The notes under the pieces: model-generated | What the model saw: the letters and a program-made list of their open reading frames with translations, nothing else | Told to the model about the DNA's origin: nothing | Databases searched by the model: none | In this document: positions 30,288 to 38,934 of the stretch, piece after piece | Layout of the letters: every line of letters begins with the position of its first letter | Numbering within the stretch: the stretch's first letter is position 1 | Origin: Verrucomicrobiota bacterium | GTDB lineage: Bacteria > Verrucomicrobiota > Verrucomicrobiia > Limisphaerales > Palsa-1400 | Direction: 5' to 3' | DNA length: 64,000 nt | Assembly (NCBI GenBank): GCA_049510745.1 | Contig: JBEKYR010000005.1 | Coordinates: 126,899-190,898, forward strand | Translations under genes and position numbers: made by a program

Positions 30288-30338
30288 TATTTGATTAAGG
30301 AGCATTATGCAAGCGGCAACGAGGGCCGTCCGGCAGGG

Positions 30339-30545
30339 TTAGTTTTCTTTCAGTATGATTTTGGGCCGCTGACCTTTGCGCGCGCTGAAAACAATCGAGC
30401 TTCTCGATTCGGATTGGGAGGGCGAAGCACAACCGCAATGCGTGTCGTGCTCGAAGCTGAATTTGCGCCGCCGCATTTTCGTCCATAAAAAAACCCCGGC
30501 GGTCGCGGCGACCACGCTCAGAGCTGCAATCTGCTGCCAATCCAT
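30339..30545 (-). CDS. Small single-TM protein with HCGC motif (FeoB-associated Cys-rich-like)
   Basis: MDWQQIAALSVVAATAGVFLW + RRRK + HCGC; TATGTT lies 6 nt before the ATG. Confidence 0.6.
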   Translation of the reverse strand: MDWQQIAALSVVAATAGVFLWTKMRRRKFSFEHDTHCGCASPSQSESRSSIVFSARKGQRPKIILKEN

Positions 30546-30633
30546 GCTCTTAACATACCCTAATGCCGCCGCCGCGCAACTGGATGTTTTTCCGATGGCC
30601 TTTCCCGCCTTTTTGGGGGGCATCTTCATTCCC

Positions 30634-30669
30634 AATCCTAATCTTAATCATAATCCTAATCCTAATCCC
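30634..30669. repeat. Hexamer tandem repeat (AATCNN)x6
   Basis: aatcct aatctt aatcat aatcct aatcct aatccc. Confidence 0.85.
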
Positions 30670-30678
30670 GTCCTGGCT

Positions 30679-30706
30679 ATCCTCCGAAGCTTCAGCGAAG
30701 AAGGAT
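30679..30706. repeat. Short REP-like imperfect palindrome
   Basis: ATCCTCCGAAGCTTCAGCGAAGAAGGAT; related to 19385-19414 and 34195-34219. Confidence 0.55.
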
Positions 30707-30787
30707 GAAATCCGAGACCATGCCCTGCCGCCCCCGGAGCCTCCTATTTTTCTTCCCTCACGCAGCGTCTCGATTTACAAACAATCC

Positions 30788-33700
30788 ATGCCGAGCCTGA
30801 ATCTCAAGCCAGCGCAAAGGGCCGTGAGCGCCTATTACGACTCGCTCGCCAAATTTGCCGAGTTGGGCGTCACCCACGAATCCGCCGTCCGATCCGCCTT
30901 TCAGGAACTGCTCGAACACTGCGCCCGGCAGTTCGATTGGACCCTCGTTCCCGAATACCCCATCCAGCGCAAGGGCCAGGCCGCCGCCAAAGCCGACGGC
31001 GCCCTCCTCGACAACTACGGCCTCAATCACGGCCTCTGGGAAGCCAAGGACTCCGCCGCCGACCTCGACAAGCAAATCAAGCACAAGTTCTCCATCGGCT
31101 ACCCGAGACAGAACATCCTTTTCTGGCAACCCGACCGCGCCGTCCTTTACCAGAACGGCGAACGGTTTTACGAGGCCGACCTGAAAAAGCCCGACGACCT
31201 CGTTCACGTCCTCAAGCTCTTCCTCGAATTCGCCCCGCCCGCCATCGCGGAATGGGAAAAGGCCGTCGAGGAATTCCAAGGCAAAGTCCCGCAGATTGGC
31301 GCGAGCCTGAAAGCCCTCATCGAAAAGGAGCGACAGAACAACGAGAAATTCACCGCCGCCTTTGAAGCCTTCTGCTCGCTCTGCCGCGGCTCGCTGAATC
31401 CCAACATTTCCATCGAGGCCGTCGAGGAAATGATCATTCAGCACATCCTCACCGAGCGCATCTTCCGCAAAATCTTCGACGTGGCCGATTTCATCTCCCG
31501 CAACGTCATCGCCCAGGAAATCGAGAAAGTCATCACCGCCCTCAATTCCCGCGTCTTCAGCCGCGACGATTTCAGCAAAAGTCTGGAACATTTCTACGGC
31601 GCGATTGAAAACGCCGCCGCCACGATGACCGATTTCCACGAGAAGCAAACGTTCCTCAACACCGTTTATGAACGCTTCTTTCAGGGCTTCTGCGTCAAGG
31701 TGGCCGACACGCACGGCATCGTTTACACCCCGCAGCCTCTGGTGAACTTCATGGTTGCCAGCGTCGAGCACGTGTTGAAGAAGGAGTTTGGCAAGACGCT
31801 TGCCGACCGCAACGTTCACATTCTGGACCCGTTCACCGGCACGGGCAATTTCATCGTCAACATCATGCGGCACATCACACCGTCCGCGTTGCCGCACAAA
31901 TACCGGCAGGAACTCCACTGCAACGAGATCATGCTCCTGCCTTACTACGTGGCCTCGATGAACATCGAGCACGCCTACTACGACGCCACCGGCAAATACG
32001 AGCCTTTCGAGGGCATCTGTCTCGTGGACACCTTTCAAACCATCAACGGCAAGATGTCCTACTTCGCCAATGGCGAAAAGCACGAGCAACAGGACATGGC
32101 CATCGGATTCAACCCCGAGAACACGAAGCGCATCAACCGCCAAAAGGACGCGCCCATCCGGGTTGTGATCGCCAATCCGCCTTACAACGCCGGACAGATC
32201 AACGAAAATGACAACAACAAGAACCGAAAGTATCCGGAACTTGAACGTCGCGTGAGCGCCACCTACGGCGAAGCCTCAGACGCAACATTGCTCCGAAAAC
32301 TCTCCGATCCTTACGTCAAGGCCATCCGTTTTGCCAGCGACCGAATCGGCGACAGCGGCATTGTTTGTTTTGTGAACAACAACAGTTTCTTTACGGAAAG
32401 AACTTTCGACGGGATGCGAAAGGAACTGGCAAAAGACTTCGATGAGATTTATGGGCTCGATTTGGGCGGCAACGTGCGTAAGAACCCCAAACTTTCCGGC
32501 ACGACGCACAACGTCTTCGGCATTCAAGTAGGCGTGAGCATTAATCTTTTTGTCCGTCTGCAAAAGAACCAGAGCGCGAAGCGTAAAGCGAAAATTTATT
32601 ATCACGCGGTCGGTGGCGATTGGCGGAAGGAACAGAAATACTCGTTTCTGGAAACGAAAGCGCACGTTGGTGGCGTCAAATGGCAGAAACTTTCGCCTGA
32701 CGCCAAAGGCAACTGGCTTACGAACGACACCGACGATGAATTTGCCTCGTTCCTGCCCATCGGCAGCAAGGATGCGAAGGCGGGTACGAGCGTGCCCACC
32801 ATTTTCCGCACCTACTCACTCGGCGTTTCAACCAACCGCGACGCCGTGGTTTATGACTTTGATGAGGAGAAACTAAAAAAGCGGGCTGAACAATTCGCAG
32901 AGGATTATAACGCGGAACTATACCGGTGGAAAACAAAGGCGAAACCTCCAAAGGACGAGAAACTGTTGCCTGGTTATGTTGATAATTTCGTTAGCTACGA
33001 AAAAATCAAATGGAGTGAAACCTTGAAACGGCATCTGTTAGAGAAAGATCTGGCCGAATACTCGCAAGAAAACATTAGGGGAGCCTTATATCGCCCGTTT
33101 ACAAAAATGTTGCTATATTACGATGCTCTGTTTGTCGATAGACCAGGAAAATTTCGCGGCTTCTTTCCGACAAAGAAGACAGAGAAAGAGAATTGGGCTG
33201 TTTGCGTCCCAGGTTTTGGAGCTTTTCGGCCATTTCATATTGTTGCCGCTCGTGGCCTCGTCAGTATGGATTTTATAGATAAGACACAATGCTTCCCACT
33301 TTTCACCTATTCCGCGGATGGCAAACACAGGCAGGACAACGTCACGCTCACAGCGCGCACGTTGTTTCAGATTTTCTACGATGACGACATCACGCGGGAA
33401 GAAATCTTCCATTATGTCCTTGCGCTGCTGCATCATCCCGCCTACCGCGCCCGCTTCGCCGAGAATTTGAAACGTGATCTGCCGCGCATACCGTTCGTTG
33501 GTCTTGCATCTGGTGAGAAATACGCCGGCTTCTTCCCCCTCGTCGCCGTTGAAAAGATGCAAGGCAGCGCCAAACCCGATCACAATCCCAAGGCCAGCGC
33601 CAAACTGTTCCACGCCTTCGCCGACGCCGGCAAGAAACTCGCCAACCTGCACGTGAACTACGAATCCGTTCAAGAGTTTCCGCTTCAGCGGCGGGAAAAT

Positions 33701-34015
33701 AAAGAAGTTAAGTTGGACTGGCGTGTGGAGGCAATGAAGCTGACCAAGGACAAGGCGTCGCTATTCTATAACGATTTTTTGACGTTGAGCGGCATCCCGC
33801 CCGAAGTGTTCGACTACAAACTCGGCAACCGCAGCGCGCTGGATTGGGTAATTGACCAATACCGCGTAACCCGCGACGACCAAAACAACATCATCAGCGA
33901 CCCGAACCGCCCGGACGATGAGCAATACATCGTCCGCCTCATCGGCCAAGTCATCACAGTGAGCTTGGAGACCCTCAAAGTGATAAACGCTCTGCCACCA
34001 ATAACCATCCTGTAA
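30788..34015 (+). CDS. Single-chain restriction-modification enzyme (type IIG/ISP-like: nuclease + N6-adenine MTase + LlaBIII-type specificity domain; no helicase)
   Basis: ADGAL...WEAKD (PD-(D/E)xK), IVYTP, LDPFTGTGNF (motif I), IANPPYN (motif IV), YRPFTK, YKLGNRSALDWVIDQY. Confidence 0.9.
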   Translation: MPSLNLKPAQRAVSAYYDSLAKFAELGVTHESAVRSAFQELLEHCARQFDWTLVPEYPIQRKGQAAAKADGALLDNYGLNHGLWEAKDSAADLDKQIKHKFSIGYPRQNILFWQPDRAVLYQNGERFYEADLKKPDDLVHVLKLFLEFAPPAIAEWEKAVEEFQGKVPQIGASLKALIEKERQNNEKFTAAFEAFCSLCRGSLNPNISIEAVEEMIIQHILTERIFRKIFDVADFISRNVIAQEIEKVITALNSRVFSRDDFSKSLEHFYGAIENAAATMTDFHEKQTFLNTVYERFFQGFCVKVADTHGIVYTPQPLVNFMVASVEHVLKKEFGKTLADRNVHILDPFTGTGNFIVNIMRHITPSALPHKYRQELHCNEIMLLPYYVASMNIEHAYYDATGKYEPFEGICLVDTFQTINGKMSYFANGEKHEQQDMAIGFNPENTKRINRQKDAPIRVVIANPPYNAGQINENDNNKNRKYPELERRVSATYGEASDATLLRKLSDPYVKAIRFASDRIGDSGIVCFVNNNSFFTERTFDGMRKELAKDFDEIYGLDLGGNVRKNPKLSGTTHNVFGIQVGVSINLFVRLQKNQSAKRKAKIYYHAVGGDWRKEQKYSFLETKAHVGGVKWQKLSPDAKGNWLTNDTDDEFASFLPIGSKDAKAGTSVPTIFRTYSLGVSTNRDAVVYDFDEEKLKKRAEQFAEDYNAELYRWKTKAKPPKDEKLLPGYVDNFVSYEKIKWSETLKRHLLEKDLAEYSQENIRGALYRPFTKMLLYYDALFVDRPGKFRGFFPTKKTEKENWAVCVPGFGAFRPFHIVAARGLVSMDFIDKTQCFPLFTYSADGKHRQDNVTLTARTLFQIFYDDDITREEIFHYVLALLHHPAYRARFAENLKRDLPRIPFVGLASGEKYAGFFPLVAVEKMQGSAKPDHNPKASAKLFHAFADAGKKLANLHVNYESVQEFPLQRRENKEVKLDWRVEAMKLTKDKASLFYNDFLTLSGIPPEVFDYKLGNRSALDWVIDQYRVTRDDQNNIISDPNRPDDEQYIVRLIGQVITVSLETLKVINALPPITIL

Positions 34016-34194
34016 TACAACCTGACAGCGGCACGCGACTAATCCCCACAACGAAAGCAACTTACGAATTGAGTCTCTTGAAAACGGCTGTCTTTGGCAA
34101 AAAAGCCCGTAGGCGCGGAAGTTTTTTTACCTTTCGTTTCGCATTTTATCGGTCTTTTGGATTCTGTGTTCGCAAGTCGTTGTCTATCTTCCTG

Positions 34195-34219
34195 TCCGCC
34201 ATAGCGTTGCGACGGCGGA
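34195..34219. repeat. Short REP-like imperfect palindrome
   Basis: TCCGCCATAGCGTTGCGACGGCGGA. Confidence 0.55.
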
Positions 34220-34620
34220 TCCGTTCCTTCGCGCCCAGAAAATATTTTTGCGTTTTTCCTTCCGTAGGTTTTTCGACTTGATAGACCTGTGTTCTAATCG
34301 AGCCAGCATGAATGATACATGCAAGAGGCAAAGTGCTCAGTGCGGCCCGGTCAACACCGGCCCGTGGATTGGAGACCTCTCCCATCGCATCAGCCATTCG
34401 TCGCATTCGTCCCCTTGGTCCCATTGCCTCACCAATCAAGCCAGTCAAACCTTGAACGTTCGCCCTCCTGGGCGACCTATGCCGTCATTTGCAGGTGACA
34501 GACTTGACGTTAATCCTCAGTCCTGCACCGGTTCAAACGCAGACGCCATGCACCGACAGCACCGGGAACCACTCCGAAAAGCGGCAAAAAATGCCGGATT
34601 CAACCCGGAAAATAAACTCC

Positions 34621-34680
34621 AAAACCCGGACAAATCCGGAAAAATCCGGACAAATCCGGGTAAATCCGGCTGAATCGGGC
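34621..34680. repeat. Decamer tandem repeat (NAAATCCGGN)x6
   Basis: aaaacccgga caaatccgga aaaatccgga caaatccggg taaatccggc tgaatcgggc. Confidence 0.85.
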
Positions 34681-34840
34681 CAAAAAATGAAAATCCATCA
34701 AATACCCGGATCCAGCGACAGCGACCGGTGACAAAAAATTTCACAACTGCCACCACCGTCAGAGGGGTCGAGCCTGGTTAGTCCCATCCCGTCTCTTTTC
34801 GGTTGTTTTGCCGGACAATTTTCGCCACAGTTTGTCTCTT

Positions 34841-36160
34841 ATGTTTCGGGTCAACATCGGCATGATTGGGGGCGGCACCGTCGGCAGCGGTGTGTTCCAC
34901 CACTGGCAAAACAACCGCGCCCTCCTCGAATCGCGCCTCGGCGTCAAGATCAATCTGCCTCGCATCGCCGTCAAGGCCCTCGACGAACCGCGCCCTTATC
35001 CCATCCCCCATGCCCTCATGACCACCGATTGGGCCGCCGTCGTCAACGACCCGCAAATTCAGGTGGTCATCGAATTGGTTGGCGGCACCACCATCGCCAG
35101 GACGATGATTCTGACGGCGCTGAAGTTGGGCAAACCGGTCATCACCGCCAACAAGGCCCTCCTTTCCGCTCACGGCGAGGAACTCTTCGCCGCCGCCCGC
35201 CAATTCGGGACCAATCTCTATTACGAGGCCAGCGTCGCCGGCGGCATCCCCATCATCAAGGCCCTGCGCGAGGGGTTCGTCGGCAACCGCATCACCCACC
35301 TCTATGGCATCGTCAACGGCACCTGCAATTATATCCTCACGCGCATGAAGCTGGAAGGCTCCGACTTTGCCCCGACCCTCCGCGAGGCCCAGCGCCTGGG
35401 TTACGCCGAAGCCGATCCCTCACTCGACATCGACGGCTTCGATTCCCAGCACAAAATCGGCATCCTCGCCTCCCTCGCCCACGGCTTTTGGGTCGCGCCC
35501 AGGGACATCCACGTCGAGGGCATTCGCTCCGTCTCCCGCGCCGACATCGAATTTGCCGGAAAACTCGGCTACACCATCAAACTGCTGGGCGTGGTCAAGA
35601 TCGTCCCCGCCGCCAAGCCGGGCAAACGCCAGGCCATCCAGGTTTCCGTCTATCCCGCCCTCGTCCCCAACGCCCACGTCCTGGCCAGTGTCAATCATGT
35701 TTTTAACGCCGTCTTCGTCCGCGGCGACGTCGTCGGCGACACGCTCTTTTATGGGCGCGGGGCGGGCCAGGACGCCACCGCCAGCGCCGTCTTGAGCGAC
35801 ATCGCCGACGCCGCCCTGGATTTGAAGCACGGCACCCCCGGCCGCATCCCGCCTTTTGTGCCGCATGGCCCGCCGGGACTGGTCCTGCCCATCCGGGACG
35901 TGGTCTCGCGCTATTATCTGCGCCTGGACGTCGTCGATAAACCGGGCACGCTCGCCAAAATCTCCTCCATCCTCGCCGCCGCCCGCATCGGCATCTCCTC
36001 CGTCATTCAGCCCGAAGGGCACGAAGGCGAGAGCGTGCCGCTGATCCTGATGTGCCACGACGCCCCGAACTCGGCCATGCAGAAGGCCCTGGCGAAAATC
36101 GCCCAACTGCCCGTCGTCAAAAGCCCGCCGGTCATGATCCGCGTCGAGGATTTCGGCTGA
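34841..36160 (+). CDS. hom: Homoserine dehydrogenase with ACT domain
   Basis: GGGTVGSG, VITANKA, YEASVAGGIP, NGTCNYIL, GYAEADP, YGRGAG, C-terminal DKPGTLA. Confidence 0.97.
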   Translation: MFRVNIGMIGGGTVGSGVFHHWQNNRALLESRLGVKINLPRIAVKALDEPRPYPIPHALMTTDWAAVVNDPQIQVVIELVGGTTIARTMILTALKLGKPVITANKALLSAHGEELFAAARQFGTNLYYEASVAGGIPIIKALREGFVGNRITHLYGIVNGTCNYILTRMKLEGSDFAPTLREAQRLGYAEADPSLDIDGFDSQHKIGILASLAHGFWVAPRDIHVEGIRSVSRADIEFAGKLGYTIKLLGVVKIVPAAKPGKRQAIQVSVYPALVPNAHVLASVNHVFNAVFVRGDVVGDTLFYGRGAGQDATASAVLSDIADAALDLKHGTPGRIPPFVPHGPPGLVLPIRDVVSRYYLRLDVVDKPGTLAKISSILAAARIGISSVIQPEGHEGESVPLILMCHDAPNSAMQKALAKIAQLPVVKSPPVMIRVEDFG

Positions 36161-36183
36161 CCCCGCTTCCCTTTATCCCCTTT

Positions 36184-37269
36184 ATGAACTCCATTCTCCC
36201 CCCAGAAGGCCAGCGCTGGCGCGGCGTCATTCACGCCTATCGCGCTTATTTGCCCGTCTCGGACGCCACTCCTGTTATTTCCCTCAACGAAGGAAACACG
36301 CCCCTGGTGCGGGCGGACAACTTTGTCCGCGCCATTGGGGGAAATTTTCAATTGTGGCTCAAATACGAGGGCGTCAACCCCACCTGCTCCTTCAAGGACC
36401 GGGGCATGACTCTGGCCGTGTCCAAGGCCAAGGAACGCGGCGCCGGCGTCGTCATCTGCGCCAGCACCGGCAACACCTCCGCCTCCGCCGCCGCTTACGC
36501 CGCCCGCGCCGGCATGAAATGCGTCGTGCTCCTGCCCCACGGCAAAATCGCCCTCGGCAAACTGGCCCAGGCCCTCATGTACGGCGCCGTCACCATTTCC
36601 ATCGAGGGCAATTTTGACGAGGCCCTCCGCATCGTGCGAGAACTGGGGGAAACCGGAAAGGTCGAAGTGGTCAACAGCATCAACCCCGCCCGCATCGAAG
36701 GCCAGAAGACCGCCGCCTTTGAAATCTGCGACCAACTGGGCCGCGCCCCCGATTTCCATTTCCTGCCCGTCGGCAACGCCGGCAACATCACCGCCTATTG
36801 GAAAGGCTACCGCGAATATCACGCCGCCAAAAAGGCCGCCGCCCTCCCCCGCATGTTTGGTTTCCAGGCCGCCGGCGCCGCCCCCATTGTTCTGGGCCAC
36901 CCCGTCGCCAGCCCGCAGACCGTCGCCACCGCCATCCGCATCGGCAACCCCGCCAGTTGGCAGGCCGCCCTCCAGGCCCTGCGCGACTCCAACGGGTTTA
37001 TTGACAAAGTGACCGACGACGAAATCCTGGCCGCCTACAAACTGGCGGCCCGCGCCGACGGCATCTTTGTCGAACCCGCCTCCGCCGCCTGTCTGGCGGG
37101 GCTGATTCAATGCGTCAAAGCCGGGAAAATTCCCGAAGGCAGCGTCCTTGCCGCCACCATGACCGGCCACGGCCTCAAAGACCCCGACACCGCCATTGCC
37201 ACGGCCGGTTTTGCCCCCATCGTCGTGCCCGCGCAAAAAGAGGCGGTCTTGAAAGTGATCGGCCTGTAA
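36184..37269 (+). CDS. thrC: Threonine synthase
   Basis: EGNTPL, NPTCSFKDRG, CASTGNTS, PVGNAGN, TGHGLKDP. Confidence 0.97.
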   Translation: MNSILPPEGQRWRGVIHAYRAYLPVSDATPVISLNEGNTPLVRADNFVRAIGGNFQLWLKYEGVNPTCSFKDRGMTLAVSKAKERGAGVVICASTGNTSASAAAYAARAGMKCVVLLPHGKIALGKLAQALMYGAVTISIEGNFDEALRIVRELGETGKVEVVNSINPARIEGQKTAAFEICDQLGRAPDFHFLPVGNAGNITAYWKGYREYHAAKKAAALPRMFGFQAAGAAPIVLGHPVASPQTVATAIRIGNPASWQAALQALRDSNGFIDKVTDDEILAAYKLAARADGIFVEPASAACLAGLIQCVKAGKIPEGSVLAATMTGHGLKDPDTAIATAGFAPIVVPAQKEAVLKVIGL

Positions 37270-37339
37270 TCCCTTCTAATCTTAATCATAATCCTAATCT
37301 TAATCTCTTCCCGGATTACGATTACGATGAGGAAGGGAT
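37269..37339. repeat. Hexamer repeat (AATCNN)x5 inside a long imperfect hairpin
   Basis: ATCCCTTC-(TAATCN)n...GATTACGATTACGATGAG-GAAGGGAT; shares an exact 22-mer with 30640-30661. Confidence 0.75.
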
Positions 37340-37396
37340 GCCGAAAAGAGTGTCTTTTTTCGTGCCGTCTGGCGGCGCTTGCGGCACAATGAAGGG

Positions 37397-37585
37397 ATGG
37401 AAAAGACCCTTCGCGTCTTCAAGTCTTTTGCCGAGGCCGAGGCGGCGGAGGACGCCTACTACGCCGCGCTCGCCCCAAACGCGCGCCTGGCGATGGTGTT
37501 TGAACTCGTGGCCCAAGCTCATCCCGATGAAATTAAGCGTCGATCAAAAAGAATTTGTCGAGTTGTTAAACTCAAAAGGCGTTAA
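37397..37585 (+). CDS. Small protein paired with a nucleotidyltransferase (putative TA partner)
   Basis: MEKTLRVFKSFAEAEAAEDAYYAALAPNARL...; overlaps the downstream NTase gene. Confidence 0.6.
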   Translation: MEKTLRVFKSFAEAEAAEDAYYAALAPNARLAMVFELVAQAHPDEIKRRSKRICRVVKLKRR

Positions 37586-37985
37586 GTACGTCTTGGTGGG
37601 CGGCCATGCCGTGGGCTTTCATGGGCACCCGCGCTACACGGGAGATATTGATTTCTTTGTTGACGTCACTGCGGAGAATGCCCGGCGTTTGGCTGAGGTC
37701 TTCAAAGAATTTGGTTTCGGCAAACTCCCGTTTAAAACCGGCGAATTGACGGTTCCTCAAATGGTTTTTCAAATAGGCCATCCACCCAACAGGATTGACG
37801 TTATCACGTCGATCTCGGCGGTGGAATTTGACGAGGCATGGTCCAGCCGGGTTGAAATCGAGGTGGACGGGCTTCGGCTCTGGGTCATCGATAAGGAACT
37901 TCTGGTCCGCAACAAGCTCGCCAGCGGGCGCCCGCATGATCTGGATGACGCAAGAAAGGTCCAAAAAAGAAGGAGGACCGGGTAA
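37527..37985 (+). CDS. Nucleotidyltransferase family protein (DUF6036/AbiEii-like)
   Basis: YVLVGGHAV, PRYTGDIDFF, NKLASGRPHDLDD. Confidence 0.8.
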   Translation: MKLSVDQKEFVELLNSKGVKYVLVGGHAVGFHGHPRYTGDIDFFVDVTAENARRLAEVFKEFGFGKLPFKTGELTVPQMVFQIGHPPNRIDVITSISAVEFDEAWSSRVEIEVDGLRLWVIDKELLVRNKLASGRPHDLDDARKVQKRRRTG

Positions 37986-38030
37986 AAAAAGGCGTGCAAT
38001 TCGGCGGGAATTGAGGTTAATTCTGGTGCA

Positions 38031-38894
38031 ATGCAGGATACAATCAATACGCGCGAGCCTTCCGCTGTCGAGGCGGAAGTGCAGAGGGCGTACACCGAGA
38101 TGTTCCCGCACGGAAACCCGGAGTTTATTCCGATGATTTTTCGTTGGGCGGTCGCTTGGTTCTCCGGCCATTACCGCGATTACCAGCCGATTGACGCCCA
38201 TTATCACGACCTCGAACACACCCTCCAGGGGATCACCTGCATGGCGCGCCTGCTCCACCGCCGCCATGTTCTCGAACTCCAACCGCGCCTCACCCAGCGG
38301 ATGCTCGAATTGGGTCTGCTGGCCATGCTCATGCACGACACCGGCTACCTCAAAAGACGCGGCGACACCGGCGGCACCGGCGCCAAGTACACCTTGATCC
38401 ACGTCGATCGCAGCATTGAATTCGCCGGCGAACTCATGCTCGGCCACGATTTTCCGGTCGAAGAAATCCTCGCCGTGCAGAACATGATTCGATGCACCGG
38501 CGTCAACGTCAAGCTGGACACCATCCAATTCCAGGGTGAGATGGAGCGGGTGGCCGGCTTTGCCTTGGGCACCTCCGATCTGCTCGGGCAAATGGCCGCG
38601 CCCGATTACGTGGACAAACTGCCGATCCTTTATTTGGAGTTCGCCGAGGCGGCCCGCTACAATCCCGACGGCAGGATGAAAGCCGGCGGCTTCTTCGCCA
38701 GCGCGGAGGACTTGATTCAGAAGACGCCCCTGTTTTGGGACAATTACGTGCGCCAAAAGATCAACCGCGAATTCCTCGGCCTCTACCGCGCCCTCAACAA
38801 CCCCTATCCCGACGGCCCCAATCCCTACCTCGAGCGCGTTGAAGCCAACATGGCGCGCCTCCGCCGGGAGCTTGCCAGCCGGGCCAAGGCCTGA
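38031..38894 (+). CDS. HD-domain metal-dependent phosphohydrolase
   Basis: YHDLEHT, LMHDTGY, HVDRS, SDLLGQM. Confidence 0.8.
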   Translation: MQDTINTREPSAVEAEVQRAYTEMFPHGNPEFIPMIFRWAVAWFSGHYRDYQPIDAHYHDLEHTLQGITCMARLLHRRHVLELQPRLTQRMLELGLLAMLMHDTGYLKRRGDTGGTGAKYTLIHVDRSIEFAGELMLGHDFPVEEILAVQNMIRCTGVNVKLDTIQFQGEMERVAGFALGTSDLLGQMAAPDYVDKLPILYLEFAEAARYNPDGRMKAGGFFASAEDLIQKTPLFWDNYVRQKINREFLGLYRALNNPYPDGPNPYLERVEANMARLRRELASRAKA

Positions 38895-38934
38895 GGCCCC
38901 GGGGCGCCCGGCCCCTTGGCCGCCGTTTTATCGC

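Noticed and set aside
30563..30787. Hydrophobic ILILIIILILI 'TM helix' at the start of the RM ORF
   Set aside because: It is the translation of the AATCNN hexamer repeat; the likely start is ATG 30788.
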